Origin: Candidatus Parcubacteria bacterium
GTDB lineage: Bacteria > Patescibacteriota > Minisyncoccia > UBA6257 > 2-01-FULL-56-20
Length of the DNA: 64,000 bases
Direction of reading: 5' to 3'
Assembly (NCBI GenBank): GCA_027450205.1
Contig: DAIDJL010000004.1
Span: 204,413-268,412 of the forward strand
Shown here: in pieces, positions 19,052 through 28,111 of the stretch
Position numbering within the stretch: position 1 is the first letter of the stretch
Layout of the letters: the number at the start of each line of letters is the position of its first letter
Notes under the pieces: generated by a model
The model's database searches: none
Told to the model about the DNA's origin: nothing
Seen by the model: only the letters and a program-made list of their open reading frames with translations
Program-made: the position numbers and the translations under genes

Positions 19052-20053
19052 CTAATGGTGCCCCGCAAGCGCGGTTTCGAGCGCATTCAATTCGTCCATC
19101 ATCCATGACTGGTATGTATCGCCCGCGGGCATCGTCTCCGTCACCGGAACGACCGGTATGCCATTTGCTACCGCTGCGTCCTGCAGATTGGTCGTGATCG
19201 GCGTCACCGTCTGGCTGTTATAAATGAACACTTTCACCTGCTTGTTCGCGATCTGCTGATTGGCGATATTCACGTCCTGCGCCGACGGATCGTTTCCTTC
19301 CGCGATCGCACGCTCAAAGCTGAGCGGCGTAAGCACATTGAGCCCCATCGGTCCGGTCTGATAGAGATAGATCGTTTCCGTAAGCCCTACGGGAGTGCCG
19401 GCATACGCCGCCTTGATCCCGCCCATCTTCGCTATGATCGGCGCGAGCGAATCATTGAATATTGATAAATTATTTTGGAAAAGGGCGGCATCCGCCGGGT
19501 CGGCTTTGACGAGCGCATCGGTGATCGCGCGCGCGACCGCCATCATATTATTCACGCCGTACCACACGTGTGGATTGTTCGACAGGACATCCGGCGCGAT
19601 ATCTCCGGCAGTGATCACCGCGCGATCGACGCTCGGCGACGCGGCGATCAATTTATCCATCCATGTGTCATACTGCAATCCATTATCAAGCACGATATTG
19701 GCATCCGCGATCGCGATCCCGTCCTGCACGCTCGACTCATATTCGTGCGGATCCACGTCCGGATTGGAAATGATGTTCCTCACCGAAACCTTGTCCCCGC
19801 CCAGCTGCGCGGCGATATTGCCATAAAAATTTTCCGCGGCGACCACCTTAATGATGCCGCCGTCCGGCGTTCCTGCAGCGCCGTTCCCGCCCGGTTGTAC
19901 GGCAAATTTTTGATTGATAAAAACAAGCGTTCCTACAAGGAGAACAACCGCTATTACCGCAATGATCCCTGCCGTTCTCTTCATTACTCTCAGTATACGG
20001 TGATGTCCATAAATAGTGAAAGGGCCGCCGGAGAATTTCTCCAACGGCCCCAC
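19052..20053 (-). CDS. Metal ABC transporter substrate-binding protein (TroA/ZnuA family). The likely start is MKRTAG at 19981.
   Basis: It is an SBP cluster-9 type with DPHEYE and NPHVWYG motifs. It has an N-terminal membrane anchor or signal. Confidence 0.85.
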   Translation of the reverse strand: MGPLEKFSGGPFTIYGHHRILRVMKRTAGIIAVIAVVLLVGTLVFINQKFAVQPGGNGAAGTPDGGIIKVVAAENFYGNIAAQLGGDKVSVRNIISNPDVDPHEYESSVQDGIAIADANIVLDNGLQYDTWMDKLIAASPSVDRAVITAGDIAPDVLSNNPHVWYGVNNMMAVARAITDALVKADPADAALFQNNLSIFNDSLAPIIAKMGGIKAAYAGTPVGLTETIYLYQTGPMGLNVLTPLSFERAIAEGNDPSAQDVNIANQQIANKQVKVFIYNSQTVTPITTNLQDAAVANGIPVVPVTETMPAGDTYQSWMMDELNALETALAGHH

Positions 20054-20303
20054 TGTGGCAGCAGATCCTACCCCCTAAACCCTAAACCCTCCGGCCTCTT
20101 TTGTCTCTTGAGCTTGGGCGCTAAGCCTCAAGCTCTTTTTTTCATCCTCCTGCTTTATCCTCCTGTTGATGAGATATCGAATCCTCAAGCATACAATAAG
20201 CAGGATTAAGCACACCACAATTCCGACATACGATACAGACATGATTATTTTTCTCCTTACGGACAAATTTCTATTTAAAAATATAACATGGTTATATAGA
20301 TGC

Positions 20304-20323
20304 GTCAAATTATACAATTTGAC
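20304..20323. promoter_or_regulatory. Palindrome GTCAAATT-ATAC-AATTTGAC in an AT-rich region upstream of the metal-transporter operon. A second palindrome, ATATAAC-atg-GTTATAT, lies at 20281-20297.
   Basis: Read directly. This is a candidate metalloregulator operator. Confidence 0.25.
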
Positions 20324-20513
20324 CGATGTATAAAATAATGCTATATAATAGTTAAGAACTTTAACAATGTCTTCCTCCTGCGGCAAGCCCCGCCTGCCGC
20401 AGCGGCGACCCGCATGACCAACCCGCGAGGCCTTCCGCAGGAGGACGGCCGCACATAGTGTGGCGCAGCAAGTCGAGCTGTTCAACTAACACTCCTTCCC
20501 TGCGAGCACTATC

Positions 20514-20681
20514 ATGCGAAGAGCCATTGGCTTGGCGGCGCTGATTATAGTCCTGGGAATCTTCATGCCCAGCGTACTGAACGCGCTCGTCAGCTTCCTG
20601 CTGGTTCTTTTCGGAAAGGCCACCGCAATGCTCAACGCATTGCCGGCGAGCCCCGCAGACGTGCACCTTATGGTGCAATAG
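20514..20681 (+). CDS. Small hypothetical membrane protein (55 aa)
   Basis: It is a hydrophobic ORF (MRRAIGLAALIIVLGIFMPSVLNALVSFLLVLFG...) followed directly by a strong terminator. It is below the 60-aa ORF-track cutoff. Confidence 0.3.
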   Translation: MRRAIGLAALIIVLGIFMPSVLNALVSFLLVLFGKATAMLNALPASPADVHLMVQ

Positions 20682-20688
20682 CCGCAAC

Positions 20689-20717
20689 GGGCATCCATAC
20701 GGATGCCCGATTTTTTT
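20689..20717 (+). terminator. Rho-independent terminator (GGGCATCC-ATAC-GGATGCCC followed by a T7 run)
   Basis: There is a perfect 8-bp stem followed by a T-run. It also sits immediately 3' of the lexA stop on the other strand. Confidence 0.6.
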
Positions 20718-21384
20718 ATTTCTTTTTCGTATGCGGCGTTTTGATGACCCCGATCACCTTGCCGTTGATCGCGAACTCATCATTCTCATGGATATGGATC
20801 GCCGGAAAATCGTGCGTGGATTCGGACATGAGGAGGATCTGATTATTTTCCTTGTCCACGTAATATTTTTTGATATTAGCCATGCCTTCAATGACCGATA
20901 ACACGATATCGTCGTTCGCGGCCTCGCGGTCCTCGCTGTCGATTATGACATAATCGCCGTCCTCGATCTTTTTTCCGCCGACATACGCCATATTCATAGA
21001 CGGGCCATCTACCTTGAGCGCAAACAGTCTGTGCGACAAGCGCGGGCGTTCGAGCAGAGTACTTGAAACGCGAAGATAACCCTCAATGTTTGCATTGGCG
21101 AAAATCATGGCCGGACCGGCGTTCGCCGCACCTAAGATCGGGATGGAAAGGAGTTTTGCATTCTTTAATACTCCCTGCACCGCCATGCCTTGCTGCTTTG
21201 TGGTGGTTATTGTGTGTTCCACTTTGTTTATATTGATAAATCCCCGTTTCGCAAGCTGCTGCAGATGATGTTTTATCTTCTGCGGCGACGCCTCCCCCAC
21301 AAATCCCCCGATCTCCCGCAGGGTGTAATTACCCAGATTCTTCTTCTCCGCCAGCGCCAATAGTTTTTGTTGTATATTATGCAT
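20716..21384 (-). CDS. lexA: LexA repressor (S24 peptidase)
   Basis: It has an N-terminal HTH, an AANAGP cleavage region, a catalytic Ser in VDGPSM and a downstream Lys. Confidence 0.85.
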   Translation of the reverse strand: MHNIQQKLLALAEKKNLGNYTLREIGGFVGEASPQKIKHHLQQLAKRGFININKVEHTITTTKQQGMAVQGVLKNAKLLSIPILGAANAGPAMIFANANIEGYLRVSSTLLERPRLSHRLFALKVDGPSMNMAYVGGKKIEDGDYVIIDSEDREAANDDIVLSVIEGMANIKKYYVDKENNQILLMSESTHDFPAIHIHENDEFAINGKVIGVIKTPHTKKK

Positions 21385-21411
21385 AATTACAGTTTAATCC
21401 TTTAAATATTA

Positions 21412-21443
21412 CTGTCAAGCGTAACTGTGGACAACCTTGACAG
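21412..21443. promoter_or_regulatory. Inverted repeat CTGTCAAG-N16-CTTGACAG, 28-60 nt upstream of lexA (candidate SOS operator)
   Basis: Read directly. It lies in the divergent lexA/PAP2 intergenic region. Confidence 0.3.
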
Positions 21444-21478
21444 ACAATTAGGGGGGTATTCCCAAAATCACCCCAAAA

Positions 21479-22156
21479 GTGCTAAAATGGAGTGGAACTT
21501 TTATTCGCCAGCAATATATGCCTTATTTCAACTATAAAGGGTTCTTTACCCGCGAGCACGTCCGTTCCCTTATCAACGCCCTCATCCTCCTTGCGCTCGC
21601 GGTCATTTTTCAGTTTTATGCATCTGCATATGTGGAGCGAACGCCCGGCAATTCGGTCGCCGATCTTTTCCTTAGCATCCTGCCGGTCCTTAACCTGAAT
21701 TTCATTATTGTTGAAGGCGCCCTCGCCGCCATAGCCTTCAGCGTCATCCTCATCCTCGCAAAGCCGCGATATTTATTGTTTACGTTAAAGGCGGCGGCGA
21801 TATTCATCGCCACGCGAGCGGTGTTCATCGCGGTGACGCATATCGGCATCTATCCGGGTCAGGTAGGTCCCGATCCCACCGGGATCTTCGATGGCCTCTA
21901 CACCGGACTCGGACTCGAGGCAGGATTTTTCTTTTCCGGGCATACGGGGCTGACCTTCCTGATGGCGCTCATTTTTTGGGACGAAAAATTCTGGCGCTAC
22001 GCTTACCTTGTCATGTCTGCCATATTCGGCATCGCCGTGCTCTTTGCACATGTGCATTACACGATCGATGTCCTTGCGGCGCCGTATATGGCGTATGGGA
22101 TATTTAAAATGTCCCAATACTTCTTTACGGAAGATTATAAGCTGATAGAATCCTAG
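21479..22156 (+). CDS. PAP2-superfamily membrane phosphatase-like protein
   Basis: PAP2 motifs FSGHTG and HVHYTIDV are present in a polytopic membrane protein. Confidence 0.6.
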   Translation: MLKWSGTFIRQQYMPYFNYKGFFTREHVRSLINALILLALAVIFQFYASAYVERTPGNSVADLFLSILPVLNLNFIIVEGALAAIAFSVILILAKPRYLLFTLKAAAIFIATRAVFIAVTHIGIYPGQVGPDPTGIFDGLYTGLGLEAGFFFSGHTGLTFLMALIFWDEKFWRYAYLVMSAIFGIAVLFAHVHYTIDVLAAPYMAYGIFKMSQYFFTEDYKLIES

Positions 22157-22181
22157 CAGATTTTACGCGCGCGGCTTTTTC

Positions 22182-22478
22182 CTACCACATACCCGGTCCA
22201 TCGCCCTGAAGATACCATCTGCCGTTGATCTCCGCGATCGTTATCGTGGCACCCGAAAAAGTCTTACAGACGCCGGACGTGTCGGTCTTTGAGATCAGCT
22301 GCGTACACCCACGAAACGCGTAATAGTTATCAAATGTGCTGTGCGCTTTTTGTAAAACAAAATACTGATCGACCGTAAGCGCAGCGGCGGACACCACGAG
22401 CACGCCGACGATCCATAATGCTATTTTCTTGTTTTTAGGATTCATCATTATGCTTCGCACTTTTGTATGATGATACAA
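22182..22478 (-). CDS. Small hypothetical secreted/membrane-anchored protein
   Basis: The likely start is MMNPKNKKIALWIVGVLVV (TM or signal). Confidence 0.4.
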   Translation of the reverse strand: MYHHTKVRSIMMNPKNKKIALWIVGVLVVSAAALTVDQYFVLQKAHSTFDNYYAFRGCTQLISKTDTSGVCKTFSGATITIAEINGRWYLQGDGPGMW

Positions 22479-22481
22479 AAT

Positions 22482-23903
22482 TTATCGACGTGGATAACGG
22501 CTAGAACTTGAACCTGGCCGACGTGGGCCACCGTAGCCTCCTGGCTTGTGGAACGGCTTGCGGGCAGGGCCGCCACCAACCGATGATGGATGATGCCCGG
22601 AAGAGCTATATGAAGGCTTTGAAATCCCATAGGAGGGCCTGTTGAATGCCGGACGATGTGACGACCCGTATGAAGGCCGTGCGCCATCCGACGGTGCGCC
22701 TGCTCCGCCGCGCCGATAGGGCGTGAATTCTCGTGGAACATATTGTTCCGCGCGCGCCGGCGGCAACTCCGGAGTTTTGGAAAGCGGCAACTTTATGCGC
22801 ATCAGGCGCTCGATGCTATACACATCACCCCGTTGATCCGGCGTGGCAAACGAGATCGCATGGCCAGTGGCGCCGGCGCGGCCCGTGCGGCCTATGCGAT
22901 GCACATAATCTTCCGGATTGTCGGGAAGGTCGTAATTGATGACAAGCTCGATCCCCTTTACATCGATGCCACGCGCAGCGATATCCGTCGCAACGAGCAC
23001 GCGATATTTGCCGTTCTTGAATCCGTCCAGCGCTTCACGGCGCTGACTGAGCGAGCGATTGGCATGGAGTTCGGCTGCGGTGTGGCCGAGCGCGCGGATA
23101 GACGCGGCGATCTTCTTCGCACCGTGCTTGGTGCGCGAAAACACAAGCACCGATCCGCGATAATCGTATAGCAACTTTTCAAGTAGGCGCGACTTATCGT
23201 TCTTAGCAATAAAATACAATTCTTGCGCGATCTTTTCGATGGCGGTACCCGGCGGCGCGATCTCGATACGCAATGGTAATTTCATGTACGACTGCGCCAA
23301 GGAGAGAATGCTCTGCGGCATCGTTGCCGAAAAGAGCATCGTCTGCCGCTCCCGCGGGACGCCCACCATAATGCGCTTCAGCTGCGGCGCAAAACCCATA
23401 TCGAGCATGCGATCCGCCTCATCAAGCACCAGCATGTTGGTTTTATTCAAATTTAACGTCTTTTGCTGCATATGATCCATGATCCGTCCCGGCGTGCCGA
23501 TGATGATCTGCGGCAGCCGGTGGATCGCCTGCACCTGGCGATAATTGGACTCTCCGCCCACCAAAAGCGCCGTCCGGATGCCAAGCGGCCCGCCAACCTT
23601 CGCGATCGTCTCCTGGACCTGCAGGGCCAATTCCCGCGTAGGAAGGATAATGAGCCCATGCTTACCCGCAAGTGCGGCTTGTATCAAGGGGATGCCAAAA
23701 GCCAGCGTCTTTCCGGTGCCGGTCTGCGCAAGCCCCATCACATCTTTTCCCTCGATGCCCATTGGGATAGCCTTCGCCTGTATCGGCGTGGGGGTCTTGA
23801 ATCCAAGCTTATCCAGAATAGTTAAAATATTGGGCGCGATGCCCAATCCGTAGAACCCTTGACCTGAACTTGAAGATGTTTCCATGTGCGCTAACCATAA
23901 CAC
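22482..23903 (-). CDS. DEAD-box ATP-dependent RNA helicase with a Gly/Arg-rich C-terminal tail
   Basis: The Q motif (TPTPIQ), AQTGTGKT, PTRELA, DEAD (VLDEADRM), SAT and HRIGRTGRAG are all present. The probable start is METSSS at 23885. Confidence 0.9.
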   Translation of the reverse strand: MLWLAHMETSSSSGQGFYGLGIAPNILTILDKLGFKTPTPIQAKAIPMGIEGKDVMGLAQTGTGKTLAFGIPLIQAALAGKHGLIILPTRELALQVQETIAKVGGPLGIRTALLVGGESNYRQVQAIHRLPQIIIGTPGRIMDHMQQKTLNLNKTNMLVLDEADRMLDMGFAPQLKRIMVGVPRERQTMLFSATMPQSILSLAQSYMKLPLRIEIAPPGTAIEKIAQELYFIAKNDKSRLLEKLLYDYRGSVLVFSRTKHGAKKIAASIRALGHTAAELHANRSLSQRREALDGFKNGKYRVLVATDIAARGIDVKGIELVINYDLPDNPEDYVHRIGRTGRAGATGHAISFATPDQRGDVYSIERLMRIKLPLSKTPELPPARAEQYVPREFTPYRRGGAGAPSDGARPSYGSSHRPAFNRPSYGISKPSYSSSGHHPSSVGGGPARKPFHKPGGYGGPRRPGSSSSRYPRR

Positions 23904-24009
23904 AGAAGGCCGATAATAGCTATTATTTTAAGAGTGAGCGCGCTTGAGCCATTTCGCTTATTATTATAGGCGTGTTATAAAGACACTAGATTCATGTGGA
24001 GGAAAATCT

Positions 24010-24120
24010 ATGGAATGGGCGCCTGAAGTCATTGAATATTTTATCTCTCTTCGCCGTCAAATTGAACAAGGACGAACAAAAGAAGCCATGACCTCGCTTG
24101 ACCACCGACGAAACGATTAA
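24010..24120 (+). CDS. Small ORF (36 aa) with a GGAGG RBS and a downstream terminator
   Basis: GGAGG lies 7 nt upstream of the ATG. A terminator hairpin follows at 24147-24172. Confidence 0.25.
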   Translation: MEWAPEVIEYFISLRRQIEQGRTKEAMTSLDHRRND

Positions 24121-24146
24121 GGAAAACACAGAAAACGTATGCGGGA

Positions 24147-24172
24147 GGGGCATCGAAAATGCCCCTTTTTTA
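24147..24172 (+). terminator. Rho-independent terminator (GGGGCATCGAAAATGCCCC followed by a T-run)
   Basis: Read directly. Confidence 0.4.
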
Positions 24173-24186
24173 TTCCTGTTCGCGGG

Positions 24187-24303
24187 GTTGCTGTTATTCT
24201 GGGCTTTTGAAAGGCGTCTCGGAGCCGCGAAGGTGGCGAGAGCCGAGGCGGCCAGCCAGCAGGTTGGAACGCCGTACTTTCAAAAGCCCAGAATAACAGC
24301 AAC
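24187..24303. ncRNA. Unclassified structured element, copy 1. A conserved 63-nt core (24214-24276) is enclosed by a 27-bp perfect stem, extendable to ~30 bp.
   Basis: The stem GTTGCTGTTATTCTGGGCTTTTGAAAG/CTTTCAAAAGCCCAGAATAACAGCAAC encloses a core that is 53/63 identical to copy 2. Internal hairpins show compensatory changes. Confidence 0.45.
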
Positions 24304-24524
24304 CCCCCACTCGGGTCGAAAGCGAGGGAGGGTTTGCTCTATTTATGCATGATATATTTTATTCCTCTATTCATTCCGCCCTCTGGCGGCCCATATATTT
24401 CTGTGATTTTTTATTTTCCGCGACCTTTATCCCCCTTTTTTGCGCCGGCAATCTGTTTATGATGGCCGGTTCATGAGTTAATACATCATCTCATTTTCTT
24501 TATTTCACTTCCTTCCGTAAATGA

Positions 24525-25211
24525 TCACTGATAATCCACGATCTTCTCCACGCCGGATGCCTGGATGGTGGCGGTCGCAACGCCGCGGCCGAAAATAAGC
24601 ACGTAATCCCCGGGGCTAAGCCCTCCGATTTCCGGCGACGCCATCGGCACCAGGAGCACGGTCGAGGTCTGACCCCTCCCGTTCACTAAAATAAAACTGC
24701 TTGTGGCAAGCACCAGAACCTGCCCCCGATATACGCCGCTCATCGGCGCGGTATCGAACTCATAGACCCCCGTTACCACCGGGATATAACTTTTTGAAAC
24801 ATAATGGAATATCCCTCCCTGGAGAGAAGTTCCCGGAAGCAGGAAAATAGCGGTGATCGATACGACAACGACAAGGATCAGCAGGGTGTAGAGGAGCGGT
24901 TGATGATATACGATCGCGTAGCGCCGGAGCAGAACCCAAAGAATGAGCAAAAGCGCGATCGAAAGCGCCAATATGGTCCATGGTAACGATTCAAAGAATA
25001 TCTCCCATCCACCGGGACCAAAATTGGTCGCAAAAATACCTCCGTTCTCCTGGAGGGCGAAGATGATGAATGTGGTCAGAAAAAGGACGACGAAAAACAC
25101 CGCCACCGCGCCAATTATGGCAAGCGCCGAACGCACGATGAAATATGCCCGCGGGCGCATTTTTGCGCCTCCGCTCTTTATGGTATTGATAACTTTGTCG
25201 CCGCTTTCCAT
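24525..25211 (-). CDS. Putative anti-sigma factor (membrane protein) downstream of the ECF sigma. Start chosen at MESGDK, but it could be 25277.
   Basis: It overlaps the 3' end of the sigma gene and has several TM segments. Confidence 0.45.
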   Translation of the reverse strand: MESGDKVINTIKSGGAKMRPRAYFIVRSALAIIGAVAVFFVVLFLTTFIIFALQENGGIFATNFGPGGWEIFFESLPWTILALSIALLLILWVLLRRYAIVYHQPLLYTLLILVVVVSITAIFLLPGTSLQGGIFHYVSKSYIPVVTGVYEFDTAPMSGVYRGQVLVLATSSFILVNGRGQTSTVLLVPMASPEIGGLSPGDYVLIFGRGVATATIQASGVEKIVDYQ

Positions 25212-25224
25212 TTTTTTGCTGATA

Positions 25225-25803
25225 TTATTCTGTAACGATTTTTTTAAGCATAGCTCTGCCCCGCTGTAGCCGAACACCGACCGTGGATATCGGGATGTGT
25301 AAAATATCGGCTATCTCGCGATAGTCCATATCCTCAAAATAGTACAGCACGAGAGGTTCTTTGTATTTGGCGTTCAGCTTGCTGAGCGAGCCCTCGAGCA
25401 TTCGTTTTACCTCCGTATTGTTAACGCCGTCATCGGCGCTCTCTTTTGCGATAAGGTGGGGAATGAGCACATCAAAATCGAAGATGGAGACATTTTCCCG
25501 CTCCTTCTGCCGTCGCTTGATATTGTTCACGAACTCGTTATGCGCAATGCGGTAAATCCATGGCGAAAACCGCCGGGAGGCGTCAAAACTCCGGATGTTC
25601 ACGTAGGCCTTTATGAAAACCTCCTGCACGAGATCTTTGCCTTCGTCACCATCAAAGAAAAACCGTTTCGCGTAGCGGGTCATCTTCGGCTCATAACGTT
25701 CCACGAGCAACCGAAACGACTCAATGTCGCCTTTCTGCACTTGAACAGCGACCTCCTCGTCATTCCTCTCGCGTGTTTTTGTCGTCTCAGGCATCTCAGG
25801 CAT
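25225..25803 (-). CDS. ECF-type RNA polymerase sigma factor
   Basis: Sigma-70 region 2 (DLVQEVFIKAY) and region 4 (YREIADILHIPISTVGVRLQRGR) are present. Confidence 0.85.
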   Translation of the reverse strand: MPEMPETTKTRERNDEEVAVQVQKGDIESFRLLVERYEPKMTRYAKRFFFDGDEGKDLVQEVFIKAYVNIRSFDASRRFSPWIYRIAHNEFVNNIKRRQKERENVSIFDFDVLIPHLIAKESADDGVNNTEVKRMLEGSLSKLNAKYKEPLVLYYFEDMDYREIADILHIPISTVGVRLQRGRAMLKKIVTE

Positions 25804-25964
25804 GATGATAGTATAGACGGATGCCTACCCCCTTACTACAGGAGAATAGGCATTTTATTTCATTTTTCGCAGTCCTCCATTAGCCCATACAGGCTATATA
25901 CGCCTTGCACGACCATATTGTTGCGTAAAAACATTGTTAAATCTGCATTAAAACGTTAAACTAG

Positions 25965-26384
25965 ATGGATAATTCAATGAATAACGCTACCGAAGAGCAA
26001 AAGCGGAGCTTGCGGCGGCTGCGAACATCAATATTCATCATGTTCGCCATCTGCGCCATACTCGCCGCCTACGTCTACACGCAAAGCCTGCCGCCGCCGC
26101 CGGGAACGTATGACGCGCTTGCAAAGTGCATCGCCCACTCAAGTACTACATTTTACGGTGCATACTGGTGCCCGCACTGCGCGGCGCAAAAGACCAAGTT
26201 CGGCACCGGCGCAAAATACCTGCCCTACGTTGAATGCGCGATCCCCGGAAGTTCGTCGCAAACGCAAGTTTGCATCGATCACGGCATCATACAATATCCG
26301 ACATGGGTTTTCAGTGACGGCTCACGATTAGTAGGCGTACAAACACCGCAAACGCTCGCGCAAAAAACCGGATGCGCACTGTGA
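25965..26384 (+). CDS. Membrane-anchored thioredoxin-fold protein (DsbA/BdbD-like, WCPHC active site)
   Basis: It has an N-terminal TM, YWCPHCAAQK and a second Cys pair. Confidence 0.65.
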   Translation: MDNSMNNATEEQKRSLRRLRTSIFIMFAICAILAAYVYTQSLPPPPGTYDALAKCIAHSSTTFYGAYWCPHCAAQKTKFGTGAKYLPYVECAIPGSSSQTQVCIDHGIIQYPTWVFSDGSRLVGVQTPQTLAQKTGCAL

Positions 26385-26413
26385 TATAATCAACCTATCG
26401 TAGACCAACTTCC

Positions 26414-26983
26414 ATGACCCCCACAGTCACATTCGTCACCAATCTTCTTTCTCTCGGCACCATCGCCGGCGATCTTATTGTGTTGTTTTTGTTCGTGATA
26501 ATCCTTACGCCGCTCAGCGAACACGGCTGGGGCAAGAAGATTGACGAATTCGTAGGGAAGCGCGCGATGATACTTTCATTCCTTGTAGCGTTGGGCGGCG
26601 TCGCGGGGAGCCTGTTCTATTCTGAATATGCGCACTTCGCGCCATGCGAGCTTTGCTGGATCCAGCGCGGGCTGCTTTACACACAGGCGGTGATCCTCTT
26701 TCTCGCATTGTTCGCGCGCAGCGCGGAGCGGGTGCGCAAATTCCAAAATCTTACCCAGAAAGCGTGCCTTGCGCTCTCAGCCATCGGATTCCCCGTAGCC
26801 GCATATCATATGTACCTCCAATTCGGCGGCGGCGCCATCGTCCCCTGCTCGGCAATCGGACCCACCTGCTCCTACGTCTACTTCATCACATACGGCTACA
26901 TTACCATCCCCACGATGTCACTCACCGCGTTCGCACTGATCCTTTGCTTTATGCTTTTGCACCGACCGGCGGTGGAAAAATAG
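26414..26983 (+). CDS. Disulfide bond formation protein B (DsbB/BdbC family)
   Basis: There are 4 TM segments. The CELCWIQR motif is in loop 1 and the second Cys pair is in loop 2. Confidence 0.7.
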   Translation: MTPTVTFVTNLLSLGTIAGDLIVLFLFVIILTPLSEHGWGKKIDEFVGKRAMILSFLVALGGVAGSLFYSEYAHFAPCELCWIQRGLLYTQAVILFLALFARSAERVRKFQNLTQKACLALSAIGFPVAAYHMYLQFGGGAIVPCSAIGPTCSYVYFITYGYITIPTMSLTAFALILCFMLLHRPAVEK

Positions 26984-26985
26984 AT

Positions 26986-28107
26986 TTAGACAAATTCTAT
27001 CTCCACGATCTCCGACTTTGTGCCCAGCCGCAACGGCGGGCCCCAGGTGCCCGCGCCGCTGGAAGTGAATACCCGCATGGCGCCGAAGTGTTTTAAGCCG
27101 TAATCGAATCCTTTGTAGATCTGCCAGGTAAAGAACATAAGCGGAAATATCTGGCCATGATGCGTGTGGCCGGAGAGGTCGAGCGACACGCCCGCCGCTT
27201 CGGCGATATCGAGATCGGTCGGCTCGTGCTTAAGGAGAATGCTCGGCCGCGCGCGATCGACACCGATGCGCGCAAGCACGTTTTTGAAATCGTCGCGTTT
27301 GTGCGCCGACCGATAATCCACGCCAATGATATCAATGCCGCCAAGGTCGATCTTTTTGTCATCCAACACCATGATGCCCGCGCCGCGGACCGCGGCGATC
27401 GCCGGCAGGATATCGCGAAGATAATATTCATGGTTACCGGTGATAAAATACGTGCCGGCGGCGGGATGCAGGGCGTGGAGCGGCTGAATAAGATTTTCAA
27501 CGTCGCAGGCGACGCCATCATACAGGTCGCCGCCGATGAACACCGCGTATGGATCGAGCGCATTGATCTTCTTGACCACGCGCGCGAGAAACCCCTGCCG
27601 ATAGACATTCCCCAACTGAAAATCGCTCACGAACACAAGTTTTTTGCCTTTCCAAAAATCGGCGCGGAAACCGGGCAATGATGAAAATGGTATTTTGATG
27701 CTTGTGACCTCAGGATGCTGGCTTTTCCATGTTCCATAAAGATGAATAAGAAATATGGCGCCGAAACAGACACCGCCCACGAGTGCAGGCGGGACGTATA
27801 TGCCGCGGCCATACGCGATGTTCAAGACGAAATAGAATGCGACCGCGGCACCGAACAGGAAATGCACAAGCCCGAACCAATAGGCCGAGAATGCGTAATA
27901 TGCGTCGACGATCCTGCCTTTATAAAAATGGGAAACGACCGACGCCGACACGAATGTGAACGCGAGCACAATGAACACGATCTTCAGCCATAGGATCTCC
28001 ACGCCGCCAATGCCGAACGCCGCAGCAAGCGTGGCATACACCGCAAGATGCACGATAATGAGCAATGCTTGGAAAACGACGAGGCTGGCAATGATGGCAA
28101 TGGGCAT
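26986..28107 (-). CDS. Membrane-anchored calcineurin-like metallophosphoesterase
   Basis: Motifs GDLYD, GNHE and GHTH are present after an N-terminal TM region. Confidence 0.8.
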   Translation of the reverse strand: MPIAIIASLVVFQALLIIVHLAVYATLAAAFGIGGVEILWLKIVFIVLAFTFVSASVVSHFYKGRIVDAYYAFSAYWFGLVHFLFGAAVAFYFVLNIAYGRGIYVPPALVGGVCFGAIFLIHLYGTWKSQHPEVTSIKIPFSSLPGFRADFWKGKKLVFVSDFQLGNVYRQGFLARVVKKINALDPYAVFIGGDLYDGVACDVENLIQPLHALHPAAGTYFITGNHEYYLRDILPAIAAVRGAGIMVLDDKKIDLGGIDIIGVDYRSAHKRDDFKNVLARIGVDRARPSILLKHEPTDLDIAEAAGVSLDLSGHTHHGQIFPLMFFTWQIYKGFDYGLKHFGAMRVFTSSGAGTWGPPLRLGTKSEIVEIEFV

Positions 28108-28111
28108 AGGA

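Noticed and set aside
20070-20095. Telomere-like tandem repeat ccctaaaccctaaaccct
   Set aside because: It is only ~2.5 units, sits in an intergenic region of a bacterial chromosome, and has no array structure. It is most likely a coincidence.
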